Shown here: positions 24,568 through 37,790 of the stretch, piece after piece
Numbering within the stretch: the stretch's first letter is position 1
Layout of the letters: each line of letters starts with the position of its first letter
Source of the DNA: Magallana gigas
Taxonomy: Eukaryota
NCBI RefSeq assembly: GCF_963853765.1
Contig: NC_088855.1
Location: 41,974,001 to 42,038,000, forward strand
DNA: 64,000 nt
Direction: 5' to 3'
Translations under genes and position numbers: made by a program
The notes under the pieces: model-generated
What the model was told of the DNA's origin: nothing
What the model saw: the letters and a program-made list of their open reading frames with translations, nothing else
Database searches by the model: none

Positions 24568-27500
24568 ATGGTGTTCCAAACGAAAGGACTAACATTCTAT
24601 GTGCTGGTAATTCTTGGCCTTATTGTCAGGAGTGATGCACAAGAATCGACTACTGAAACAAACAAAGCTGACCCACGTGCTTTTTTGAAATGCCCCACCG
24701 CGCGTGCAGCGACCTTTATGTACTTCTCGGACTCTTGGACCAGGGTCCCAGAGCCCAATACGGATTACGATTCTCTGAACTGTGGAAACGTCAAGGTAAT
24801 AATAACGTCATAGGAATGGTTAAGTGTTCGGGGTACAAACTAAACCACCCCCATATGTGTAGCTCGGGAAATATAAAAAAAGCCTTATTTACATGTGCAC
24901 TCATCATTGTTTCGGCAAAAGAGTTAATTTTTTACAAAGTGTTCGGACATAAACCGAAAAATTGATTGAAATCTAACATCGAAAAGATATCTTTGAACTA
25001 TTTCATTCAATTTCATTCCATTTCCAATGATTTTAGGGAACAACCGAATCATGGCAACTCTTATACCTAGTCTAAGTCAAAGCCCAAAAGTGCTATTATT
25101 TTACTAATACTTATTCATTCAGATACTCCGGTAAATCGTTAAGAGACCGCTGTAATGATATTTTCCATAACGTGCTCTACATGATTGGGCAATGCTAATG
25201 ATCTAGAAATCGGACTACCCCAGGGCATCCATCAATCAATTTTGGGAAGTGACTTGGTAGGACACACAACCTATTCAGTATGCGGGTACATGGTTTCATT
25301 GCTATAGAAGATCTAGACAAACGTTGTTCTTCAGCGCGACGCAAAAATTAGGCAAACATACCCAGATACCTGCGATTCGATGAAATGAATTGAAATTTTT
25401 CTACTATTTAATTTACATTACACTCTCTTTAAGATTTGCTTTACTTTACAACTAGTCTAATATAGAGAAGTTAAGTACAATGCAGGTGTTTAAAATATGT
25501 GTTCAAAGTCATATACATGCATGGACTTAAAGTATACACACGTATGTGAAAGTAAATTACATAATCATTATGTATATAAGAAAATATCAATGCCATGTTA
25601 GTATGATAATGCTATGTTAAATAATGCATGGAAACAATTTAAAAGCTTGGGGGACAATGACGACTACCAGTATATAGAATTGTTCTTCCTCCGAAGCCAA
25701 AAAAGCGGTGCGTCTGTGTTATCAATTAATCTAATAAATATGAAATAGTCTGAAAGAGTATACAAAATAATCTAAAAGAGTGTAAAATAATTTTAAAGAG
25801 TGCAAGTACTTTCTACTTTATGGTTTATAATTAAGCAAGTTGATAAAGTTCGGGTTGATTGTTTTACACATTACTTACCAAACATCCTCATTAATAAGTA
25901 GATGTGTTTAAACGGCTATAATATATGAAGGTAAATATTATAACATTAAAAATCTTTTTAAAAATATAAATCGAAAGTCAACATCTAATGTAAACACTAA
26001 ACAATGCCTTTCACTTGATGTCTCTAGATACCAAACGGAGATCTGGAAGGAAAATGCGGAGTATGTGGGGACTACTACAATGGACCCCGACACAATGAAG
26101 TTCCGAATGGAAAGTATGCCTCCATTCGATACCCCACCTATGTCTATCGGGAGGGCTCGGTCATTAACGTGACTGTAGAAGTATCTGAAAACGGCAACGG
26201 TGGATACTTCATGTTTAAGCTGTGTGACTCGGGCGATGCTCAACTCCAGGAAAAACAAAGCTGCTTCGACAACACGGTGCTTAGTCTAGCGAGGTCTCCA
26301 AACGTGAAGAAGATTTATGTTCCCAAGGTTAATGCCTCCAATGACATCGTGGTCCCCCTGCAGCTACCCGATGGCTTTGAGTGTAAACTGTGTACCATGC
26401 AGTGGACTTGGGTCACCAGTGAGTATAGGAGAACACACTACAGACTTAGCAGAATAAAGACAAAACACCATGGAATACTAGTATCTAAATACAACAGCCA
26501 AAAGAAATACCATATAATATTACACCCAGCATATTGCATAGAAAACATTATACATGTACATGTTGTCGGAACTAAAAAAACAAAACAAAAACAAAACAAC
26601 GACAAAAACAATACAGTATTTATAAAGAACAGATGCTACACGTTATTATGCATATTGAAGAAAATGAAATCATGTCTATAATAAAAGAAACCTCAATGCT
26701 GTATCATTATTAATCAGCCAGAATGTACAAAATGTTACCGAAGACAAACTTTTCTTTACAGATATTGATGTAGGATGTCAAGTGATTGAAGGTGAACGTA
26801 TTTGCGGACAAGGAATTGGTCCGCAGACGACTCTGGTCAACTGCGCCGACATCTCCATAATTTCAAAGTCCATCGATATTCCAGAAAGTTTTCCATGGCC
26901 AGATTTTACGTCTAAGTATGACAGCATGGCACATAAAGGTTAGATACTGGTATTGCATTGTCGGTTTGGCACGCACATTATAATTTTTGATTCCAAGATG
27001 TTTTTCTTCACCTGTTGTAACTTTTCAAATAGATGATGACCATAACAGAACAGCAGTGGACCCACCATTCCGTCCCCGAGTAATAGAGAGAATAAAGGAC
27101 GATGATACTCCAACCACCACAAAGAAACCACCACCCGTTCTTCCAGTGTTTCCAAAAATAGAAAACCCTTACAACGGAAGAAAACCCACAATACCAGACA
27201 TATCGGACAAACTGTTGAAACCCGATCAACCAGTCCCCGCCAAGAAGCCCAAACTAGACATTAGAGATTACAAGAAGACTTTTGGGGGGTTAGGTCTTGG
27301 ACTGTTGGAAATACTGCTCCCGGCGGGCCTTCTTCTGGGGTTCGGGGGGATGCTCTCTGACCGTCTGGAGGATCGACGCAGACTCAACGCACAACCAGGG
27401 TTCTTACTTAATGGTGGCGTCGGTCTTAGTCCGGTTGCTGCTGAACATGGAGTGTTAATTGGTGAGCAGATTTTACCCTTTGGTGCATCGGCAGCCGCCG

Positions 27501-28441
27501 CTGGGGGTCTTGCGGGTGGTGCTATCAGGACAGGAGTACCTGGTGCAGGTGCTGTACCGGTAGCTGGCCTCTCTCCAGTTGTCACTGGACTGGATTTCAA
27601 TGACGCGCAGCTTCAACAGATCATCCCGTTGATACCCATAATATCCACGCCAGAGGCACACCAATTGATTCCAAAGTCATTTCCGGACAGCAGTAGATTA
27701 GGTTACTTGATACCGCTAATTGTAGAACGAAGACGTCTTGTGCAAATCTTCCCGCATCTCACTCCCCACCAGATAACACAAATGCACCTGCAGTACAGAA
27801 CAATGCAGAGACAAGGACGAATAGGAGGCGGGATCCAGGGTCAAAATGGAATCAATGGCGCAAATCAAGGTCAAAATGGTTTTGGGGGCATTTCGCAAGG
27901 TCAAGGAGGTTTTGGCGGGTCTTTCCAAGGTCAAGGTGGAGTTGTAGGAGGGGCTAATATCAATGCCATTCAAAATGCCCAATATCAGTCCGGGAACCAA
28001 CAGTGGTATTCTAACAATGTCCAAACTAATCAGAATTCTAGGTTCTTTGAATTGCCCCAAGATCATTCATTTTCAACCGATATAAATAATATCAATTCAA
28101 CCAATTCTGGCTCAAGACCGTCACGTGGTGACATTGCTAACCCAGAATTTGAATTTGACAGAGAACCGGGTGTTTTGGTCGAAAGAGAGAGTCGCAAGAG
28201 AGTATCTCCTTACAGCGAAAATTGTCCACCTGAAAAGCAAATTTGTAGAAGTAAGTTTACCTCTAAAGAACCCACGATCTACGGGACCATTTCCATCATG
28301 GAGATGATCTGTGAACTTGAGTGTGAGGATGGGAAGCTTTCCTGTCCGGCGAATATTTGTATCTGCGCATGCCCAGAAGTTGACGACGCCTCGCTGTTAG
28401 AAATACTGGAATCCTTAGACGATCGGTCACGGGTGGCTTGA
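24568..28441 (+). CDS. Secreted AA15/LPMO-fold protein B, tandem paralog of A, also His-less, with Pro-rich and Gly/Ala/Gln-rich linkers and the same 8-Cys module, 734 aa. Exons 24568-24795, 26028-26418, 26762-26938, 27033-28441
   Basis: Signal peptide, then RAFLKCPTARAA, LNCG, GKCGVCGD, YREGSVINVTVEV, YFMFKLC, LQLPDGFECKLCTMQWTWVT and GPQTTLVNCAD. Intron positions and phases (0,1,1) are the same as in paralog A. 2205-nt open frame. Confidence 0.9.
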
Positions 28442-28815
28442 TGTTACCATGAGAACAGCTTTGAAGATTTCCGTATTTGGCATCATAAAAATAAAATGAG
28501 TGAAAAAACAAAATCGGTCTTATTTTATTTACACAGATTTTGATGACAAAATCAATTCGTTCTATACATTTATGCATTGTACCCGATACATTATATTTGT
28601 GCATGTATAATCATGCTTAGACGATCGGTCACGGGTGGCTTGATATTACCATGAGAACAGCTTTGAAGATTTCCGTATTTGGCATCATAAATATAAAATG
28701 AGTGAAAAAACAAAATCGGTCTTTTTTTATTTACACAGATTTTGATGACAAAATCAATTCGTTCTATACATTTATGCATTGTACCCGATACATTATATTT
28801 GTGCATGTATAATCA
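28414..28815 (+). repeat. Near-identical tandem duplication of 200 bp (28414-28613 and 28616-28815) covering the last codons, stop codon and 3'UTR of protein B
   Basis: CTTAGACGATCGGTCACGGGTGGCTTGAT...GTGCATGTATAATCA occurs twice at an offset of 202 bp, with only a few mismatches. Confidence 0.95.
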
Positions 28816-30690
28816 AAATAATTAAAAATGAAAACTTGTATGATCCATGTTCCATGTTTGATGGCTCTCAAAATCAACTAATAAATAAACAACATTTTTT
28901 TATCTAATTATACTGACTAGTCTAAACGCAAAATATCGACTGGATTGATGTAACACACAGAGTAACACTGGGATTTCAACCCCGATCCATTTCTCTACTA
29001 AGTAACTGTCACATGTAACTCCGACGCTTTCATAAAAGCAAAGTACACGTACTTGCATTTCGGTTCCAGGGTATCCGTACCATTGCAAGAAAATTTTTTA
29101 TCATATACCGGGTATGTACCTTATCTGCTAAAACTACGACCACATCTTGAATGATACCAATGTGTAGAAAACTGCATACAAATAACGAAAACAGACAAGG
29201 AAATTGTAGTACTCTCGCCAGGTATAAACTCTTAATTAGGTAATCTCAGTTCCTAAAAAAGGAATTTTAAAATTTAATCAATAAAGTTTTCTGTTCGCCT
29301 CGAGTAATTAACGGAATAATTTTTCCATAGGGTAATTTGTAGGAGAAAAACTTACTAGAAAGATGCATGGATATGAAAATAAAAACAAATTCTGTGCATC
29401 CGTCACGAAATTATAATACAGAACGGAACTACCATAGATAATTAAGATAAAACCAGGGTGACCAAGAGTTTGGGAAAACATTCCATATTTTGTATTCCTT
29501 CACACGAAAACAATGTAGATTATAATTTACACGATCTCACAGAACATTTCAAAGTGTGTGTGTGTGGAGGGGGGGGGGGGGGCTAGACTAATCAGAAATC
29601 TTGACAAGCAGAAAAAAGGGTTTTGGTTATGGTTTTGTATAATTTTGCAAAAAAAGTGGGGGAGGAGGGGCGCTAAGCCCCCACTTCCACCTCTAGTCCC
29701 CACTCCCACCCCACCCCCCGGTTCCTATGCATTTTTCGAATATTTATTTACGTAATATCAATAAACCGTGAATTTTGCAGATGATAAAGGTTTTCATCAT
29801 TTCATTTAATTCTGGTTGTGAACCATCTCGGTGAAACTTGTCCCAGAAAGCCACTTTTGTTTTCTTGTAGATATAATTGATTTAAAACCCTATGTGTGTG
29901 GTTTCACTTTTATTTAAATATAGAGAGCGGTGTAAATTAGGCATTGCCGCTTGCTTCCGCTCGCTCACTATGTGAATAAAATATATATATGTAAATTAAA
30001 TTTTGATTAACCAAAGGAAGATATTTTTATAGTCTCCAGATACTGTATTAAGGAAGTTGCGAGACGCATTTAATTACTCTTATCTATTTATGTTCCTTCT
30101 AAAACTTTTATAGTATTTACCCTCGTTGTAATACTTTTGACACAGTATTAAAATACTAAATGTGTCGTGTTTTTGACATAGTTAATGTATTAAGACTATG
30201 AGTACAGATAAACCATTATCTAAATCTCTTTTAATATAAAGTTATAGAAAATAACTCTCCAATAATTGTCCATTTATCAATCAGCGCAGTGTTGTCAGTC
30301 AAAGTCAATCATAACTTCTGGACCGGATGCGCATGACATAATTACAACCAAAATGCTTTGTTAAACACAAACAGTAATATTTTAAACAAAATCCCCAAGG
30401 CATTTATTTTGTCTGTTGCGCATGTGAGACATAATTCGAAGAAGCGATCTATTTCCGTCGGGGACTGCAGACGGACGTGCATATCGTGTACACGTACTGT
30501 GGACCACAAGTCAAACGGTCAACTGATAGAATCTTCACTTCGACAGACAGATAAATATTAGTAGAACACCCTCGGGCAATTGTCATCTTCAGCCATTCTT
30601 AAGAAATACCGGAAACTCAAAATTAGAAAAAGCCATCTTTTACATTTCCTATTGCCATAACGAGACGTTCTCTTGCCAAAAATAATTTGA

Positions 30691-30922
30691 ATGGCGTTTG
30701 AAAAAATGGACTTTGTTTGTGTAATTGCTGTGATCTGTTTGTTTGGGGTCGTTGATGGCTTCAGCTTTGGTGCCCCAGAGGATTTCTGTCAATATGAGAA
30801 TCTCCAGGACCGGAACGTCAGAATGGTACCCGGACACAGAGGGGTGGATCCCATGAACACCCGGAGTCCGGCCGGATACCGGATCGTTGTGGGACCGGAA
30901 GAAGCCAAGGGTGCCAGAAAAG
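30691..30922 (+). CDS. Reeler-domain variable first exon V1 (signal peptide plus N-terminal half of the Reeler domain)
   Basis: MAFEKMDFVCVIAVICLFGVVDG|FSFGAPEDFC...MVPGH...YRIVV. Contains the Reeler GAPxxxC...H motif. Intact frame ending in phase-1 donor AAAG|GTAGAT. No downstream Reeler exons of its own were found. Confidence 0.8.
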
Positions 30923-33735
30923 GTAGATCACAACTGTTATTATTGCAAAAGTCATAAGTGTCTCATATCTTCAACATTCTTCATCTAGCCTTATCTCCAT
31001 ATCTCTTCTTTATTTGTATCATTCTTGCTTAACTTACCTGTGCATATTCTAATTCAACTATTAATTGGAGAAACAAGTAGCGAGCTATTTGTATTGTTCA
31101 GAATCAGTAAAATATCAAATCTAATAAAGGGTGGTGGGTTATTATTGATCAATTTAATCTCCTTTTAGAGACAATTATGTGGAAAAAAAAGATACAAATG
31201 TTACCATGGACCATTAGGAGTTTTTTTTCATGATAAATTATACTAACTGTCGTTCTTTTAAAAATAAGAATGAAAGAAAGTACAAGCAAATTTCTATAGT
31301 GAGGGATTTGAGAAACAGTTAATGGTTTCTCAGAAATGTTCAGTTGTTGAAAACTTGTATGCAAGTTCCTAAAGGTTTATGACCAAAAACTGTCTTTTTG
31401 CCGACACACCTTGCCAGTTGGTTCATGAGGACAAACAAGGCCCGAATTCTTGAACTCTACCTGTCAATTTAGCGACATTTTTGAACTGCTGTTGTCAGCT
31501 TAACTGTGTTTTTATGTGCGATGTGGTTTCTTCATCCCACGGACTCCCACGCCTGAATGACCGCTCGTCAAACCGCCAAAAACCGCCTGTCTGTATTAAT
31601 CCAGCAATATTTATGCAACAAGAGAAAAAAACACAAGTCTTTGCTTGATTATTTTACTACAAAGTAATTAGTTTCTCCATGACGTATTTTAAGGTTAAGT
31701 CTCAAATGACTTAGTTTAAATGGGGTTCAAAGATGAACAAGGGCATAAGGCGATATGACTGCAACAGACAGCAATGGTTTGTCCAAATCAAAATGCTTAC
31801 TTTGCCATAAAGGTCTAAGATATCTAGACATAATCACACAAGTCTCGTTATTAATGCATGTTAGGTTTAAAACGATATCGAACATGCATATGGTATGTCG
31901 ACTAGATAAAAACACGTGTTAACTTTTCCAGTGCGACATGGTCTATCTGATGGACCTCTCAAAGTTTTGGTTTTATGTACGATAAACTTCATTTTTCCAT
32001 TATGCTGAAATTTCGATTAAAATCATGATGTATAATTCCTCGTGTGCCTGTATTTTAAAAGTTCAAGTCTTGGTCATGTTGAATATACAACCGAATGACT
32101 CACGAAATTCTTTAAACTAGAACTCAGACAAGTTACATGTTCATCGAAAACAATTCAAGCAAACTGAATAATAAGCAATCTTGCTTTTATGAATAAACGT
32201 AGAACAATTTAGAAATAAATATATTCTCGTACAAATTAACACTGTACCTTCCTTACATATATACTACCTGGACGACGGTTCTACATTTTTAAGTAATTAT
32301 CCAAAAGCACCCATTGAAACCATAGCAACCCCGTACTTCACTTTCTAGACAAAACAAGTTCATATACTAGTACATGTACTCTGATACAACATTGCCTTAA
32401 AATCATAATTTATACATCTCAATTCAAACTTTACAGAAATTTACATATTTTTTAACTGTCCAAATAGGTAATATGCACTTAATATTGTAAATTGGATTAT
32501 TTTTTTTACCTCTGTGTACAATATCTAAATTATTGTTTCGTTTAATCACATTATTTAGAAAGACTCTTGAAAAAGTGAAAACATAATACGAATGCGAAAA
32601 CCGTTAGGTAAAACAAAAACGATATAAATTTTTCCATACTGAACTAAAATATGTGCCTTAAAAACATTGTGAATCAAAGATTGCAAAAAAGAAAATAAAA
32701 CAAATATAAATCGCCGATTTTATCAATGAAAAAGAAATTAATAGTATTTCTAAGTAATATAAATGAACACTATAGATACTAATAATATGGCAGGGAGTAC
32801 CTCTGACTCAATGAAAGTTAGATTGTTTGCATACCGGATACATTTCTAGCTAACCTGTTATTAATCATGCTTTTCTAAATTTCTCTGCAGAACTCTAGCC
32901 AAATTTACAGGTGTATTTGACAAAATAACTTACGATTATAGTATGTCCCATGTTACCAATTCCTAAAAAAAAATCGAGTCATAAGTATCTTTTTGTTTAC
33001 TCGATTCACTTTATAATAATGATATCAAATATAAAATTCTGTTAAATGAAACACTCCCACTCTCTCTAAGGTTGCAATACACGATCGATGATTGAAAATC
33101 TATTTGGAGTTTGCATTCGGAGAGACTTCCAAATGGAAAGAAGAAAAAAAGCATATTTCCAACAATAAATCCCCTTAAGAGATAGTCCTTTGAATTCTTT
33201 AGGTAAAAAAGAGAAAAATGTCTTCGACCCCCCCCCCCTCCCCCCCCCCCTTAAATCAATTTCATTTAACTTCTTTGAGAGGTACAAGAATGAGTATTTT
33301 CGTTGAAAATCACCGAAAAGTAGCTTAAACCTGCAATTTGCACTTTTATTTACTTAAATTGTATTTGTTGTTACTGTTGAAATACATTGCAGGCTTCTAA
33401 GATTCTTTACCTCGAAGTGAAGTTTTGAAATGCATTATATGTTACTTTCATATTTCAAAACAATATTTTGAGACCGAGATGCAAAATGCTTTCTAATGGA
33501 GGTCCAAAGTTATTGTTTCCGTAACATTTGGTCGATTTTTAATACTTCTATTTGATACACATACATGTGAAAAAAAGTGCTAATCGATGAAAGGAAAAAT
33601 ATTTAAAATTTCTTCATTAATTCATTATTATTTTTCACTGGGAAAAATTCAGATTTCTTACCGAGAATGCTACTGTATCATTTCTCCATTCGAAACTCAC
33701 ACGAATTACGTCCCACAATTTTTCAACGTTATCAT

Positions 33736-33785
33736 TAGGGTACTTTAAAGTCTTATACAATAGGGTACTTTAAAGTCTTATACAA
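33736..33785. repeat. Perfect 25-bp tandem duplication
   Basis: TAGGGTACTTTAAAGTCTTATACAA occurs twice in direct tandem. Confidence 0.95.
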
Positions 33786-36700
33786 TGCAAAATGCAATCA
33801 AATACAAAATCCCTGTTACTTTTTATCATGAGCTGAGTATTGAAACATGATAAGCTAGAAGGGCGTTCGAAAAAAAATCTATTTTTTTATATTTTTGAAT
33901 GAACATCGATTGAACCCTAAGGTATAATTGAGTAAATTGAAAATCGAAGATATATAAGGTGATTCATGCGGGTATGAAAGTAGCTATCATTGCAGAAAAA
34001 TATATTATTTTTTCTACAATATTGTATGAAAATTATTGTTATTGTTGATCAGAACGGTACACAAAAGGAACAGCCAATTAACCATATACGTGAAGGTTAC
34101 CATAGGAACAATTTTATGTCACTATCTTTAAAGCTCAAAGATTTTGATAGTATGAATATTCTTTATATTTGGAGTCTACCATAATCAGAAAGCAAGTTTT
34201 AGTCAGAGCTTGTAATAATGACAGCTTTTGAACAGAAATCCTTAACACACATTAGTTACACTGGTTCTTTGTGAATCCTGTCACAACATTCTACAATATT
34301 TGTAGTAACTGCTAGTTTGTTTAGAGTCTGTGATCCATTGGTTAATGGGATGGGGGTGGGGGGAGGGGGGGGGGGGGCTTTGGTCTCTGCATCAACAGTG
34401 CTCGTTGATGCTGAAGTCTGGTTTAGACAGGCCGAGGACTTAAATGGACATGGTCATGATTTAAGCTCAAAATTTTAAATTTATTTTTTATGGCAATACG
34501 AAGCTTGTTTGCTGTAGATTTAGATATAATAACAAATCAATTGAAAAACAAACTCCTCGATAGTGTGATGGTCATTTATTGTAATTTTTAAATGACTAGG
34601 TAAGGCTACATTTGTTTTAAACATAAAAGTACATGTACATCCGAATTGGATGGACATATGAAGAAGAAATCATCAAGAAGATGAGACATTCCAGATGCAT
34701 TGTATTTATGGATCATTATCCAATGGAAGAGTTGTAATTAATTTTTTAAAATTTGGCAAGAGCTACTTGCACCCATTGGTAGGTATTTGTCAAAATGATA
34801 TAACCCATTCCATTATTTCTTGTTCAAACCTGTTGCGTTTGTTATCCTATCGTTCAGCAAATGTACTTTGCTAGAGGTGGCCAGGTCTTGTCTTTGTCGG
34901 TAATCATGTTTTGAGAGTTGATGGCATATCTGAATGACACAACTTTTTAACCAAACTTTTGAACATCTCAAACTACTTTAAAATTCGACTCTTTCCATAT
35001 CGAGATGTCTCGAAGGCAATGAAAGTGACAAAGTCTTCTTCTTAATTCTATAAAAAATTTTGTAAACCATCTTAAGTAGCATTTTTTATTGGAATAATTA
35101 AATTACAATCTTGTAAGAATTTTGGAGTTACCTGGAAAATGAAGAACATAATCAATAATGCAATAATGTACGAATCTTTTACACACCGGAAATACACGAG
35201 TTTTTACTGTTATGTAATTGAACTAATGCCAAGACAACTTAGAAATCAACCAATTAATATGGCAGTAAAATATCAAGCAGTGTCAAGAAAAGGTACGAAA
35301 GCTTGTAGATGTATACGAGATTTATATGGAGTGCATAATTATTTCAGATATGCAGTTAGATTGTTTATGGTTGAAGTTTATGCGACAGATATACATGGCT
35401 AGAAAAACTATATCATGTTTCGTGACAAAAAGTAGACAACGATAAACTAGGTGTCAAAAGTTGTCGGCCCCTGAAAAACATATAGATGATCTACTTTATT
35501 GTGATTTGACCGTCTTTGTAATATCTTAGTGGAATGAAGGGGAATTCTGTCAACATAGTTGTTAACCTCATTTTGTAGAAGTATCATTTCTTCACTCTCA
35601 CACGCTGTTGTCGCATTGCATATTAAGGAGACTGGGTGGTTACCTATCTACCCGGGTCTACCTTAAAATTTTAGACATGATAATTTTAGACATAAATTGA
35701 CTTGTCATTTAGAAAAGAAATCTTCCAAATAGTATAGCTTAAAAATTTGGATGTTGTCTTAAATATATCAAAATTATATATTAAAAACAATGATTATTTT
35801 AATAAAAATAGCAGTGATTACAACATTATTAATAAAAAATGAATACGTTTTAATGAATTTAATTTCATACAATGTCATAGGCAAGACACGCTCCTTGATA
35901 CAGTAAGGGAGATTACTTGGCAAGAAAAATAGATAATAAAATCTTTATTGTATTAAAAAGATTTGCATGACTTGCATGGTTCTATGTTGGAACTTACAAT
36001 ATATCACTTTTTTAACTTCATGTCAATTGTAAAACTTCAACTTATACTAACGTAGCAAACGAGCACGGTACCTTTTGCTGTTAAAATGCCTCGCTCATTT
36101 AAAAGTTCACCGTTCTCTCGGGCAAGATATTTTTAAAAAGTTCAACAGAGACCCCTGTATTTACATAACTTTCATTGCCGTTTAAGATATGTGTATTCTT
36201 TATCCTTTTAATTGTTTTTTGTCATCTAGACAAAGATGATCGATGCCCAATGCATAACTTATCATAAACTGATTGAAATGTAATTGAAAACATATTTGAA
36301 CTTTGGTAGAGGAGGCGAGATTCTTTTAATGAAATTAATTCATAAATATCTAAGAAGATTAAATTGAGAATAAATCAAGATAAATGTATTTCATCGCATA
36401 ATTTGATTTCATTCAAAATAAGTTAAAGAAGTTTTACATTGGAAGATTTATTAGTAAGTTTCTGTGCATGACCCATTCAGATCTAATTTACGAGAGACAA
36501 AACAACCTAAAGTTGAACGTTGACTGGAAAATTTGAAGCAAAAATCATTTTGAGAGAAAACTAACTGCTGATTAAACCAACAAAGAAATTTCGACAGACA
36601 TTCAAACGCTAAAAATCTTTTATCTGACTTTTCTTTTTAAAAAGAGATTTAAGATCAGTATTCAAATCTGGTTATATATTGAATCAATCATAGATTTTTT

Positions 36701-37790
36701 TTTCCCCTGGTGATACATCATTTATGACGAGACGTGAAGAATAAGTGAAAGTAATTAAATAGACAACGCATGGTCTTTGTATCCGAAATCGTAAAGGCAG
36801 GATTTCTTGTCACCCCATTTGCTTGTTACTTGTGTGACGTCACTACAGAAAGAAAAAAGGTCCCACGCAGAAGAAATGACAAACGATTCATACTCAAAAG
36901 AAGGGAAATGACAACCGTTCTCTATATTTCCTGATTCAGTGTGAATTCAAAAAGAGGTGCATTTTGAAATGCAAATAAACAAACAAATTATAACCAAATT
37001 AAATGTCATTTTACGTGTTTCTTTCAAATTATAGAAATGGATATTTCCTTTACTTTTTTTGTGGCAATGGTCTGAATTTAATATAACGACAAGTTCATTA
37101 ACAAAAAGGTTTTCCCCATTCATTCCAAAATAACATTGGAAATTTTTATATAAAGCTGTAATTCTAACAAGAAAGTTCTGAACAAGTTACTGTCCTTCTC
37201 TGAAGCTTGCAAACTATTGAATAATAATTTGAGCGTTATTTTTAGACAACTTGCGGGGTCAATTTTCTATTTTCATAAACGAATATTCTTTGTTTATGAA
37301 TAGTTGCGTAAAACCAAATTTTCTTGCCGACCAATTCCATTTTTTTTTATCTGGTCCATCCATCATTCGTTCCAAAGTGTACTAAGCGGTCCAGAGATAA
37401 AGGTTACCAAACCAACTGTAAAGATCTTACAATAACCATATAGCAGCCATTAATGGCCGACCGTAACGGAACAGCGCGGCACACGGGTCCTTGTTTGGCC
37501 AGATAGTGACGTTTATACATCGGAGTCATTGTTTTCATCCCTCTCTCTTCTTTGAACCGTGCGACATTTTTCGTCAATCACCCGCTCTCTTATTACCTCC
37601 CTGTCTCACATGACGGGCCCGTTGATTGACAAGTCGATATCATGTCATTGGCATATTTATGTCGGGCTTGTTAATTAATGACAGCTAAAACGACTTCTCT
37701 TGACCTAACCACGTGATCCTTATGCCATCTTTCTTTTCTTTCTCTTGAAATTATTAAGAACCCCCTTTGACACTGAAATCGTTATCCAAA

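Noticed and set aside
25190-25260. GLPQG...SILG, reminiscent of the LINE reverse transcriptase GVPQGSILGP motif
   Set aside because: The spacing is wrong, stops flank it, and no YADD motif or other RT motifs are nearby.
29560-29725. Poly-G/poly-C tracts as candidate G-quadruplex regulators (also about 12860, 17890, 33230, 34350, 40175, 58410)
   Set aside because: They look like a common short GC-tract repeat type, and nothing ties them to function at this locus.
34636-34740. Short coding-like stretch (YIRIGWTYEEEIIKKMRHSRC...)
   Set aside because: It ends in a stop, has no splice context and shows no Reeler similarity.
30923-37790. Searched for separate downstream Reeler exons for V1 (and at 38050-41787 for V2)
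   Set aside because: None were recognisable by eye, so I did not call independent complete Reeler genes. A tBLASTn search is needed to exclude highly diverged exons.
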